Positions 25,897 through 35,377 of a stretch of 39,957 bases of DNA are shown piece by piece; the stretch's first letter is position 1, and every line of letters starts with the position of its first letter. Under the pieces are notes generated by a model. That model was not told where the DNA came from. It did not search any database and worked only from the letters and a program-made list of their open reading frames with translations. The stretch comes from an uncultured Methanosarcinales archaeon (GTDB lineage: Archaea; Nanobdellota; Nanobdellia; Woesearchaeales; CAZPJY01). The stretch covers positions 1 to 39,957 of the forward strand of contig CAZPJY010000017.1 of the NCBI GenBank assembly GCA_964587045.1, given 5' to 3'. The position numbers and the translations under genes were made by a program.

Positions 25897-26323
25897 ACTC
25901 ATCGACGTAGCTGTCAGAGTCAAGGCCCATGGAGTAGTCGTAGGCGTCGGGCCGCTTTTCCAGGACGAAGGTGAGGAAGCGCCTCTTCGCATCTTCGTTC
26001 CAGCCGCGCCAGAGGAACTCAGCCTTGCAGAGATGGTCGATCTCGCAGTAGCCCTCCCGGAAGTCTACGCCGCCGTTTCTTGCCGGATGCATCGGGCAGC
26101 CCACCATGCCGTCCTCCAAGAACACCGCATTGAAGCACACGCCTGACGCGCGCAGGACCTTGGCCTCCTTCATCTTGTCGAAGCTCTTCAGCATCTTCCA
26201 GCGCAGCGTGTTCTTGCGGATGTCGTCCATGACCTCCGCCTTCTTTTCGTAGTGGTGCCCGCAGCACCCGAAGCAGGACAGCTTGCGCTCCGGAAACTGG
26301 CATAGGTGTTCTGGCAGCTCCAT
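25853..26323 (-). CDS. Cysteine-rich protein (CxxCC; putative Zn/Fe-S binding)
   Basis: LCQ...SCFGCCG...VCFN...GCPMHP...YCEIDHLC; start ATG 26323. Confidence 0.7.
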   Translation of the reverse strand: MELPEHLCQFPERKLSCFGCCGHHYEKKAEVMDDIRKNTLRWKMLKSFDKMKEAKVLRASGVCFNAVFLEDGMVGCPMHPARNGGVDFREGYCEIDHLCKAEFLWRGWNEDAKRRFLTFVLEKRPDAYDYSMGLDSDSYVDEFIRLESKREPRSRP

Positions 26324-26402
26324 GCGAGGGAGAATCCATGATGACAATAAAAATCTATTCCTGCAGGAAAGCTTTATAAATAGCCATTTCAGCCCGCCTT
26401 TT

Positions 26403-27200
26403 ATGGTGCTGGAACTGGAATGGTTAGGGACGGGATCTGCCATGAACTACGAGCTGGGAAACTCCAACTTCCTGCTAAGGCAAGGCGACAAGCAGGTGCT
26501 GGTGGACCTTTCGGCGAACAACGCCAACATGCTGCTGCATGAACAAAGGCTGGCCGGCATCGAGCACGTCATAATAACCCACGTGCACGGCGACCACTGC
26601 GACGGCCTCGAAGGCCTGGGGTTCTACTCGTGGAACGCGCTGAACCGCAGAGAAGAAGAGAGGCCCAAGCTCTACGTCGGAAGCCAAGCAGTTTATGAAG
26701 GTCTGCGGAGGATTGCTCAGTCCAAGATGAGCTGCCAGCAGAACCCGGACCAGACCAGGTTCAAGGCTGACCTGGACCACTACTACGAGCCGCGCATCGG
26801 AACCGATGTTAGGATCAAGGGCCTGCCCAAGATAGTGCTGTTCAGGACCGAACACGTCTGGGGGACGGACTGCTTCGGAGTGCACGTGCCGGAATACGGC
26901 CTGTGGATATCTGGAGACTCAAGGGAGGTAAAGGAGCTGCCGGAAGGGACCACCCTCGCTTTCCGTGACGCGAGCGGTTCGGCCGACCCGACCCGGGTGC
27001 ATGCCAACCTTGAGGACATGAAGGGCATCCCAGAAGATGAGCGCGGGCATACCTACCTCTACCACCTCAACGGCAACTGGAAGGAATTCAAGAGGGACAG
27101 GCAGGGATTCAGGGGATTCGCGATGCCCGGCGACCTGTTCGAAATCAAACCTCCGCTCTACTATCATAACGAACGGAACCGTTTCACGCATGACAGGTAG
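26403..27200 (+). CDS. Metallo-beta-lactamase fold hydrolase (RNase Z-like)
   Basis: LGTGSA, THVHGDHCDG, ISGDS and late His motifs. Confidence 0.9.
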   Translation: MVLELEWLGTGSAMNYELGNSNFLLRQGDKQVLVDLSANNANMLLHEQRLAGIEHVIITHVHGDHCDGLEGLGFYSWNALNRREEERPKLYVGSQAVYEGLRRIAQSKMSCQQNPDQTRFKADLDHYYEPRIGTDVRIKGLPKIVLFRTEHVWGTDCFGVHVPEYGLWISGDSREVKELPEGTTLAFRDASGSADPTRVHANLEDMKGIPEDERGHTYLYHLNGNWKEFKRDRQGFRGFAMPGDLFEIKPPLYYHNERNRFTHDR

Positions 27201-27241
27201 TATAGCAAACATTAAATACCAAAATTTCTTGCTGTCATGAC

Positions 27242-27910
27242 ATGAAGCTCGCAGTGCTATTTTCAGGAGGCAAGGACTCGACCCTAGCCTTGGCCAAGGC
27301 GCTGGAGACCGACGAGGTCGTCTGCCTTGTGACCCTTTTCTCAGAGAACGCCGAGAGCTACATGTTCCACACTCCCAACATCCACCTGGCGAGGCTGCAG
27401 GCAGAGCGCATCGGCCTGCCCGTTGTCGAGCAGCCCACCAAGGGCGAAAAGGAGGAGGAACTGAAGGACCTGGAGATCGCGCTGCTCCGCGCACGCGCGG
27501 ACTACGGGGCAGAAGGCGTGGTAACCGGAGCCATCGCGTCAGTGTACCAGGCGTCTAGGGTGCAGAGGGTTTGCGACGCGGTCGACATGTGGTGCTTCAA
27601 TCCGCTATGGCAGCGCGACCAGCAGGGCGTCGTCGACGAGGTTATAGCGTCTGGCTTCGAGGTCGTCATATCAGGGGTCTTCGCAGAGCCTTTCGACGAG
27701 ACCTGGCTTGGCCGCCGCTTCGACGCAAAGCTGTCAGATGAGCTCAAGAGCCTTGCGTACAAGCACCTGGTCAGCCCGTCGGGGGAGGGCGGCGAGATCG
27801 AGACCACAGTGCTCAACGCTCCCTTCTTCAGCAGCCCGATCACCATTAAAAAATCCTCGGTTAACTTCAAGGGCCACGCAGGCACGCTACGGATAGAGGA
27901 GGCCCAATGA
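27242..27910 (+). CDS. dph6: Diphthine--ammonia ligase (PP-loop ATPase)
   Basis: LFSGGKDS, SYMFH, GAIASVYQ, PLWQRD and GEGGEIET motifs. Confidence 0.9.
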   Translation: MKLAVLFSGGKDSTLALAKALETDEVVCLVTLFSENAESYMFHTPNIHLARLQAERIGLPVVEQPTKGEKEEELKDLEIALLRARADYGAEGVVTGAIASVYQASRVQRVCDAVDMWCFNPLWQRDQQGVVDEVIASGFEVVISGVFAEPFDETWLGRRFDAKLSDELKSLAYKHLVSPSGEGGEIETTVLNAPFFSSPITIKKSSVNFKGHAGTLRIEEAQ

Positions 27911-28443
27911 TGATACTCGTCGTCGACATGTCAGCGCGGGAAGGGAGCCTCGCGAGGGAAGAATACGCAAGACCCATAGCAGAAAGCGTCGGAGGAGAGA
28001 TCGTGCACTACAGGCAGCTGACAGCGCCGATGGTCGCCGAGGCCTCACACATCGTGCTGTGCGGGACACCTCTGAGGGACAACGTGGTCCTCGACGACAT
28101 CAAGAGGTTCGCGTGGCTTGCCAGGATTGAAAAGCCCGTGCTGGGCATCTGCGTCGGCGCAGAAGTCATTGGACAGGTGTTCGGCTGCGAGCTCGAGAGC
28201 GCCAAGGAGATAGGCGTGGTCAAGGTCAGAGTCGAGGCGACCAACCCGCTTGCTGATGAGGACTTCGAGGCTTACTGCGTTCACAGCCAGGCGGTGGTGC
28301 CCAATGATCAGGTAGAAGTATTTGCGAGGTCTGATGCGTGCGTGCAGATGTTCAGAATCGTGCGACGACCAGTATGGGGAATACAATTCCATCCTGAGGT
28401 CCGGAACCTCCAAATTCTCCAAGCCTTCCTTCATATTTCTTGA
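27907..28443 (+). CDS. Class I glutamine amidotransferase
   Basis: PVLGICVG nucleophile and GIQFHPE; ATGA overlap with dph6. Confidence 0.9.
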   Translation: MMILVVDMSAREGSLAREEYARPIAESVGGEIVHYRQLTAPMVAEASHIVLCGTPLRDNVVLDDIKRFAWLARIEKPVLGICVGAEVIGQVFGCELESAKEIGVVKVRVEATNPLADEDFEAYCVHSQAVVPNDQVEVFARSDACVQMFRIVRRPVWGIQFHPEVRNLQILQAFLHIS

Positions 28444-28942
28444 GCCTCTCACGGATCTCTTTCCCCATTTCTAATATGAGCAGGTCTGCCTGGGCGCCGC
28501 CCGAGTCGTACCAGGTCTTCAGGGTTTGGAAATCCCAACCAACGTGTAACGACCATGCCAGAAGGTTCTCGACGCTCCTGTATAAATTGCCTAGCAGAAC
28601 GGAATACTGGTGCATCTGGTCGCGGTTGTCCATGTAGGACATAAGGTTCCTCTGCATGTACCGTTTCAGGGAGGAGAAGGTGTCAGGGACTGACTCTGGC
28701 CTGGCCAGCGACTCATCAATCCTGTAGATCCAGCTCTTCCAGGCGCCTGCGGTCTTCTTTTCCAAGGTTATCTTCCTTTGGAAGTCTTTGGCCTCCTCGA
28801 CCTCGAACACCTCCTCCAGCACGTTGCAGTGGAGTTGAATTAAGCCTAGGCTATCTTCGTGGTGCTTTACCAGGCTCTCAAGGTGGCCCTTCAGACTCAC
28901 GAGCCTCTGCAACTGATCAGGCATGAGAAACAAGAGTCCCAT
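28352..28942 (-). CDS. Hypothetical helical protein
   Basis: 196-aa ORF filling the gap; its 3' end overlaps the GATase gene and the start is uncertain (28942 or 28924). Confidence 0.55.
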   Translation of the reverse strand: MGLLFLMPDQLQRLVSLKGHLESLVKHHEDSLGLIQLHCNVLEEVFEVEEAKDFQRKITLEKKTAGAWKSWIYRIDESLARPESVPDTFSSLKRYMQRNLMSYMDNRDQMHQYSVLLGNLYRSVENLLAWSLHVGWDFQTLKTWYDSGGAQADLLILEMGKEIRERLKKYEGRLGEFGGSGPQDGIVFPILVVARF

Positions 28943-29148
28943 TTTTTATTTAAGGCTTTGGTATGAGGAGATCAGCTGCGATTAGGGCCTCATGTTGGCG
29001 CGAACCTAATCGTCGCCCCAGTATCGCGAATTTCAGTTGTTTCATAACAACAGTTAAGCAGGTTTTTCGAACAATTCCAACCCACAAGAGTTAAAACCGC
29101 TTCTTCTTAAAGCAAGATTTTTAAACCCCCTAAGCATTAATTCTGGGT

Positions 29149-31317
29149 ATGGAGGCAAAGGTGAAGTTCGGTACTTTCTCAGGGGTCTTTGTCCCCTCGG
29201 TGCTCGCCATCCTGGGCGCGGTCATGTACTACATCGCGCCCAAAGTCCTCGGCGGCGTAGGCCTGCTTCCCATGCTTGGCATCATCATGCTTGCCCATTC
29301 CATCACCATCGCGACCGCCTTCTCCATATCTGCCATATCGACCAACATCAACGTCAAGGGAGGCGGCCTTTACTACCTGATATCGCGCTCCCTCGGAAGC
29401 GAGTTCGGAGGCTCGCTGGGGGTGCAGCTGTACCTTGCGCAGACCGTTGCGAGCGCTTTCTACGCGATAGCGTTTGCACAGGGAGTCGCATCGGTGATGA
29501 GCATCTTCGGCTGGGTCATTCCAGAGATATTCATAACGCTGGCATCGCTTCTCTTCTTCGGAGCCATAGCGTACGTCGGCGCGCATTTCGTCATAAAGAT
29601 ACAGTACTTCATACTCGGCGCGATTGTCCTGTCCCTGCTTTCAATATTCTTCGCGCCTCAGCTCGCGCCTGGCGCGACCATCTCCCTCACCGCCACCGGA
29701 GGCGCCCTGAGCTTCTGGGTCGCTTTCGCCATGTTCTTCCCCGCAGTAACTGGCATCGATGCGGGCGTAGGCATGAGCGGTGAGCTGAAGAACCCCAGGA
29801 AGAGCCTCGTGGTGGGAACGTTCGTCTCCATCCTGGTGACCATGACTGTCTACATACTGCTCGCTATCAAGATGAGCGCGGCAGCCACCCCTGAGATGCT
29901 GTTCACTGACCGGTACGTCGTGCAGAACATCGCGCTGATCCCGCAGCTGGTCATCCTGGGCGTGCTGCTCGCGACTTCGTCGAGCGCCCTCTCGTGCATG
30001 ATGACCGCGCCGCGCTCAATGCGGGCGATGGTCGAAGACAAGGTCGTGCCGCCCATAATGTCATTCCTCGGAAAGACGCTGGGCAAGGGCAACGAGCCAA
30101 GGGTCGCATTGCTGCTGAGCCTGCTCATTGGGGTCGGCGTAATCATGATGGGAGGCCTGGACTTCGTTTCGCAGGTCGTGTCGATGTTCTTCCTATCTGT
30201 CTACGGCTGGATCAACGGCGCCGCGTTCTTCGAAAAGATTAGCCGCAACCCGAGCTACCGGCCGAGCTTCAACGCGCCCTGGCTGATATCCCTCTATGGC
30301 ATGCTAGCGTGCTACTTCGTCATGTTCCTCTTCAACCCGCTTGTCATGGTGCTAGTGATACTTTTCCAGGTGTCGATATTCTACATGCTCTACAAGACCA
30401 GGACTTCTGTGAAGCTCGAGAGCGTCTGGGACGGGGTGCTCTTCCAGCTGTTGAGGTCCATAATGGAGAAGATCGAGCACGCTGCCAAGAGCAAGAAGAA
30501 CTGGAGGCCCACCATCGTCGCATTCTGCGCAAACGAGCTGAACCGCACAGCAATGGCGTCGCTCCTGACCTGGATCGGGGAGAACAGGAGCATCACCAAG
30601 ATGTACAACATAATCCGCGGCGACATCAGCACGCACAAGGTCAAGGAGATCGCAATCGAGACCAACATGCGTAACTACATCAGGAACCGCGACCTCGACA
30701 TCTTCTCCAAAGTCGTGATATCAGACAACGTCGACACCTCCATCCGCACCATCATGCAGAGCGAGACGCTGGGCAACCTGCCCATGAACACAGTGGTGCT
30801 GGACTTCGACGAGTCCTTCGACCTAGACAGCCTCATCCCCGAGCTCGAGGCGCTGGGGAAAAACATCATACTGGTGCGCAACCAGAAGGGGTTCTCAGAC
30901 TTCCAGACCATCGACGTGTGGTGGAACACGCCGGAGAACGGCAACCTGATGATAATGCTCGCGTTCCTGATCACCCATTCCAAGCAGTGGAAGGAGAAGG
31001 ACCCGGCCATCAGGCTGTTCAAGGTGGTCAAGGACGACGCCGAGTTCGCGAAGGCGCAAAAGGCGCTGAACGCCCAGATTCAGAAAGCCAGGATCGAGAA
31101 CATAAGCGTGTACATACTCAAGGAGAGCGGCAACGGCATGAAGGAGATCATCAGCCGCAACTCCAGATACGCCGACCTGGTGATACTCGGAATGCCCCAC
31201 TACAAGGAGAGGAAGTCCGACAAGGAGATAACAACCTCGATTAGGGCATACACTGACAAGCTCAAGACCAGCCTGATAGTACTGGCGCACGACCAGATAG
31301 ACTTCAAGATCAACTAG
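29149..31317 (+). CDS. Cation-chloride cotransporter (SLC12-like, APC superfamily)
   Basis: KFGTFSGVFVPS, GGGLYYLISRSLG, FFPAVTGI, PSYRPSF and KNWRP motifs, plus a soluble C-terminal domain. Confidence 0.9.
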   Translation: MEAKVKFGTFSGVFVPSVLAILGAVMYYIAPKVLGGVGLLPMLGIIMLAHSITIATAFSISAISTNINVKGGGLYYLISRSLGSEFGGSLGVQLYLAQTVASAFYAIAFAQGVASVMSIFGWVIPEIFITLASLLFFGAIAYVGAHFVIKIQYFILGAIVLSLLSIFFAPQLAPGATISLTATGGALSFWVAFAMFFPAVTGIDAGVGMSGELKNPRKSLVVGTFVSILVTMTVYILLAIKMSAAATPEMLFTDRYVVQNIALIPQLVILGVLLATSSSALSCMMTAPRSMRAMVEDKVVPPIMSFLGKTLGKGNEPRVALLLSLLIGVGVIMMGGLDFVSQVVSMFFLSVYGWINGAAFFEKISRNPSYRPSFNAPWLISLYGMLACYFVMFLFNPLVMVLVILFQVSIFYMLYKTRTSVKLESVWDGVLFQLLRSIMEKIEHAAKSKKNWRPTIVAFCANELNRTAMASLLTWIGENRSITKMYNIIRGDISTHKVKEIAIETNMRNYIRNRDLDIFSKVVISDNVDTSIRTIMQSETLGNLPMNTVVLDFDESFDLDSLIPELEALGKNIILVRNQKGFSDFQTIDVWWNTPENGNLMIMLAFLITHSKQWKEKDPAIRLFKVVKDDAEFAKAQKALNAQIQKARIENISVYILKESGNGMKEIISRNSRYADLVILGMPHYKERKSDKEITTSIRAYTDKLKTSLIVLAHDQIDFKIN

Positions 31318-31586
31318 CTCTTGAATGGCACCATGATGCTGCCCTTCTTGTGCACCATCTCGATCGCCGCGTGGAAGAAAGATGACAGGTGCACGTTGGT
31401 GTAGAGCTGCTGCTTGTGAGGCTTGATGTGCGCCACGAGCTCCCCGTCCTCGTAAAGGTTGAGCGCCACCACTTCGCTCTCGCTCGCAATTGGCATGCCC
31501 GAAAAGAAAAGCTTCTCCTTCTCGAACCAAAACGAGCCTGGTATCGAGCTCCTGAGCGCGTTTAGTATGGTGGTCATTTTCATCAT
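31314..31586 (-). CDS. Hypothetical protein
   Basis: 90-aa ORF; CTAG stop overlap; TATA upstream. Confidence 0.6.
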   Translation of the reverse strand: MMKMTTILNALRSSIPGSFWFEKEKLFFSGMPIASESEVVALNLYEDGELVAHIKPHKQQLYTNVHLSSFFHAAIEMVHKKGSIMVPFKS

Positions 31587-31690
31587 ACAACTGTAGGATA
31601 GCCAGATATTAAAGGGTTAGGGGTTTTTTTTCCGTTTTCGACGAGATTTTCCACCCTCCTTTATATATAAGTAGTCCTGGGAGGCTCTGC

Positions 31691-32629
31691 ATGGGAATAG
31701 CAGGCTTGTTCCGCTGGCTTAACCGGGAGGAAGTCGAGAGGACGCTCGACGACATCATGTCAAGGTCGGAGAAGCACAGGTATGAAGACTACCTCACCCT
31801 GGGCGAGATGCTCTGGGACAAGCGCGACCGCGTCGATAGGTTGACATCCTATTTCGAAATGGAGGTCTCGAGAAGGGTCCTGTACGACAGGCTGACAAGC
31901 CTATACGAGCTGCATGAGGAGGAGCCGCCCAAGCTGCCCACAAGGCTGGCTCAGAGGTGGGCAAGGACCCAGCAGCTTGGTGCGGCAGTCCCTCCTGCTC
32001 TGCTGCTCGGCGCATTCGCCGCGACCTTCGGCTGGCTGATGACGTTTAGCGCGGGCTTCGCAGGCCTCGCTCTTGGTGGTGTGGGCGCGAGCGTCTGGAC
32101 CAAAGTACACTACCAAAAGAGGCATGTCAGACTCATCAGGAAGCTGTCAGTTCAGGAATACGTCGGGAAAGTCTCGGATTACGAAGCGCGTTACGACATC
32201 CTGGGCAGCAAGAAGGTCCTCGGGCCCAAGCTCGATACAGCATTGCGCGAACTGGGCATTTTCAGCTACCGCCTGAAGACATTGGTCGGTGAGGAAGGCG
32301 AGCTCTGCCACCTCCTCAGGGATGAGATTGAGGGGCTCAAATCCTTCAGAGGCGATCTGGGCCTCTTCCTCAGGCACACGCGAAGGATGAGAGCTTCGCC
32401 TGTTCCCTTCGCATTCAACCAGGCAATGTGCTGCTACAGGGACGCGCTCTCCAGGAGAAGCAGCGAGCGACTGGAATTGGATAAGGGACAGATGTGGGAG
32501 CTCATGGAGGAGATGCAGGCGCGCGGCTACGAGCCTCCAGATTATTATAGGGATCCGCCGGACGGGTGGAAGAGCGCAAGGGACGAGGGCTGGGAGGGCA
32601 AGGACGGCTACGATGGCTGGCTGGCATAA
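31691..32629 (+). CDS. Hypothetical membrane protein (central hydrophobic hairpin)
   Basis: 312-aa ORF after a TTTATATATAA box; two adjacent hydrophobic segments. Confidence 0.7.
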   Translation: MGIAGLFRWLNREEVERTLDDIMSRSEKHRYEDYLTLGEMLWDKRDRVDRLTSYFEMEVSRRVLYDRLTSLYELHEEEPPKLPTRLAQRWARTQQLGAAVPPALLLGAFAATFGWLMTFSAGFAGLALGGVGASVWTKVHYQKRHVRLIRKLSVQEYVGKVSDYEARYDILGSKKVLGPKLDTALRELGIFSYRLKTLVGEEGELCHLLRDEIEGLKSFRGDLGLFLRHTRRMRASPVPFAFNQAMCCYRDALSRRSSERLELDKGQMWELMEEMQARGYEPPDYYRDPPDGWKSARDEGWEGKDGYDGWLA

Positions 32630-32677
32630 ATTATTTATATGAACAGAGCCTTGCTTTGCTTGGAAAAGGGGTGGACA

Positions 32678-34552
32678 ATGATAAAACAGACCGCTGCATA
32701 CATCGACGCTTCTGGCAGCACCTATGAGATTAAAGACATCGGAGATCCAAACATCATCGGCCCGATCAACTTCGGCCTGTCCCAGTACAAGCAGGACCGA
32801 AACACCCTGTGCTTCGGCTCAGGTGTCCTCGCCGGAACGCCCATACCCGGCGCGAAACGCATGATGTTTACCGGCTACTCCAACCTGTGGGAGAACTTCT
32901 ACATCTCAACCATGGGAGGCGCGGCATTCGTCTTCCACAAGACCGGCCTGAACTACGTATCGATCAGGGGCAAGGCTCAGAAGCCGACGATTATCAAGAT
33001 TAACCGCAAGGAAGGCAACCTTTCCATCGAGTTCGTTCCCGTCGATGACCTTGACGGCATATGGAAAGGGTACGGCGGCATGATCGGGACCTACGCGCTG
33101 CAGAAGTGGGTCTGCGACCGCTTCGGATCCGAGTTCAAGGAATGCCGCATACTCGTGACAGGCCCTGCAGCAAAGCTTTCCAGGAACGGCGCCATCATGT
33201 CAGCACCAATACTGGCCGGAAAGATTTCCCCAGTGGACTGCTGGGCAGGACGCGGAGGCATAGGATCAGAGCTGCTCCAGACCCATGGCATAGCGGCGGT
33301 GATATACGGCGGCGACCACGCAGATGAAAATCCGGCGCTCAAGGACATAGCGCACATCAACACCATCTTCGAGGAGCACTTCAAGCGCAACATGCTGCAG
33401 GAAGACATGGCAGACACGGTCAAGTACCGCTACAACCCGACCTTGCACACGGGCGGGACCCTCGGCGTCAACTACACCAAGCTCAAGGGGTGGATGTTCT
33501 CCTTCAACTACCAGTCCGTATACTGGACCGAGGATGAGAGGCTTGACCTGCACAAGCGCTTCGTGCTCGACCACTACCTCAAGCAGTTCAACGAGGACAC
33601 CATAGACAAGAAGCAGTTCCGCCACTGCGGCGAGCCCTGCGCTGTCGTGTGCAAGAAGATGAACGGGGAGTTCAAGAAGGACTACGAGCCCTACCAGACC
33701 TTCGGGCCCAACTGCGGCATCTTCGACCAGGGCGCCGCGGAGCGCATAAACCACCACGCAGACGCTATGGGCTTCGACACCATCACCGCAGGATCGGTCG
33801 TGTCGTGGATAATGGAGCTCCTGTCCAAGGGCAAGATCAAGAAGGAGGATTTCGGTCTGACGCTGGATCCCAAGTTCGACCGCGAGAACTTCGACGTCGT
33901 CGCGGACTCGAACCACAACGCCGACGCAGCGATTGAGATCGTCAAGATGATCACCTATTCTGATCAGGGCGCAGTGTTCCGCCACGGCATCCGCGACGCG
34001 GCAAAGGAGTTGGGGCAGAAGTACGGCTTCGACGCTGTGAGCTTCGCCGCCTACAACGCGTACGGCGAGCACGGGTGCATGGTGCCCAACCAGTACTGGG
34101 TACCGGGCATGTTCAGTCCGATGCCGATACTGGGCAAGTACTTCTGCTACTACGGGACGGACTTCATGCCTCCAAGGGAGCTTGGGAAGAAGAACGTACA
34201 GCGCATGGTTAACGAGTTCGCTATCGACAACGCCGGCATGTGCCGCTTCCACCGCGGCTGGGCTGAGAAGATCATGAACGACATCATCAACGATCTCTAC
34301 AAGACCGACTACGATGTGATTGCGAACGCGCGCGAGATGGCCAGGACTCTCAACGCGGAAAACCGCTCGGTCTTCTGGGAGTCCGAGCGGGTCATCGACA
34401 TCATACGCGTGTATCTAGAGAAGATGCTAGTCGGAGAGCCTGACAACGCAGTGCTCAAGGACTGGGTCGATCGCTTCCGCGCCGACAAGATGAAGGCCGC
34501 ACGCGCATACTGGGAGGAGATCAAGGCAGGGATACAGGAGGCGCTCCAGTGA
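32678..34552 (+). CDS. gor: Glyceraldehyde-3-phosphate:ferredoxin oxidoreductase (GAPOR; AOR family)
   Basis: STMGGA, WAGRGG, KYRYNPTLHTGGT, CGEPCAVVCKK, YEPY, PNQYW and CRFHRGWAE, matching GAPOR-type motifs as recalled. Confidence 0.85.
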   Translation: MIKQTAAYIDASGSTYEIKDIGDPNIIGPINFGLSQYKQDRNTLCFGSGVLAGTPIPGAKRMMFTGYSNLWENFYISTMGGAAFVFHKTGLNYVSIRGKAQKPTIIKINRKEGNLSIEFVPVDDLDGIWKGYGGMIGTYALQKWVCDRFGSEFKECRILVTGPAAKLSRNGAIMSAPILAGKISPVDCWAGRGGIGSELLQTHGIAAVIYGGDHADENPALKDIAHINTIFEEHFKRNMLQEDMADTVKYRYNPTLHTGGTLGVNYTKLKGWMFSFNYQSVYWTEDERLDLHKRFVLDHYLKQFNEDTIDKKQFRHCGEPCAVVCKKMNGEFKKDYEPYQTFGPNCGIFDQGAAERINHHADAMGFDTITAGSVVSWIMELLSKGKIKKEDFGLTLDPKFDRENFDVVADSNHNADAAIEIVKMITYSDQGAVFRHGIRDAAKELGQKYGFDAVSFAAYNAYGEHGCMVPNQYWVPGMFSPMPILGKYFCYYGTDFMPPRELGKKNVQRMVNEFAIDNAGMCRFHRGWAEKIMNDIINDLYKTDYDVIANAREMARTLNAENRSVFWESERVIDIIRVYLEKMLVGEPDNAVLKDWVDRFRADKMKAARAYWEEIKAGIQEALQ

Positions 34553-34743
34553 AGGTGACCATCGAGGAGACCGGGGAGGTGAAGCTGCTCAGGTTCGAGG
34601 GGGCCGTAGGCGAACTGCTGAAGAAGCTGGGCGTCAATCCGGAAGCGGTGATAGTCGCGCGAAACGGCGAGCAACTCACGGCCAGCGACAAGGTCGCCGA
34701 CTTCGACGAGATTCTGATCATGGATGTCGTGACTGGAGGATGA
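34549..34743 (+). CDS. MoaD/ThiS/SAMP-like beta-grasp sulfur carrier
   Basis: 64 aa with a C-terminal GG; GTGA overlap with the GAPOR stop. Confidence 0.88.
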   Translation: MKVTIEETGEVKLLRFEGAVGELLKKLGVNPEAVIVARNGEQLTASDKVADFDEILIMDVVTGG

Positions 34744-34798
34744 GGCCCTTCTGCGTCCCTTGGCATTTCTAGGCTTGGCAAATTTCCTTATTCCGGAT

Positions 34799-35257
34799 TC
34801 AACGTGCTGAGGATCTGCCCTTTTTCCTCCCTTCCTCCAGAATAAGCCCCACCACCCCGACGAAGGCGGACATGTCAGCGATGTTGAAGACAGGCCACAC
34901 GTGGAAGTTGATGAAGTCGGTGACTGAGCTGAACGCCAACCGGTCGATCATATTGCCGAGCGTACCTCCAACCAGAAGTCCGACATACAGCGGTATCATC
35001 CCCCGAGCAGGGATCCTGTCATAGAAATATACGAGAGCTCCGAGGAACATCACGCCGACCCAGAAGAATAGCATGGGATTGCCTGAGAAAAGACCGAAAC
35101 CAACCCCTGTGTTCTGGATGTGGGTCAGCGAGAGCACCGGCTCAAACAGCCAGTAATCCCTGTTCAGGACCAGCGCAGACCTGGCCCAAAGCTTGACAAG
35201 CTGGTCTATGACAACAACCAAACCTGCGGTAGCAAAAATTGTTGCGAATTTCCTCAT
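34799..35257 (-). CDS. lspA: Lipoprotein signal peptidase (signal peptidase II)
   Basis: DQLVK, NTGVGFG, GGTLGNMIDR, VTDFI and PVFNIAD with both catalytic Asp residues. Confidence 0.93.
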   Translation of the reverse strand: MRKFATIFATAGLVVVIDQLVKLWARSALVLNRDYWLFEPVLSLTHIQNTGVGFGLFSGNPMLFFWVGVMFLGALVYFYDRIPARGMIPLYVGLLVGGTLGNMIDRLAFSSVTDFINFHVWPVFNIADMSAFVGVVGLILEEGRKKGRSSAR

Positions 35258-35377
35258 GGGAGAGTTCTAGCAGCCATTACTATTTATTCCTTGCCCTGAA
35301 TATTATTCGATTGGAATCAAGAATCATACGAAAAAATCTCGAAAACGCATATAAACCCTCACAAATCATAGTGGAGC

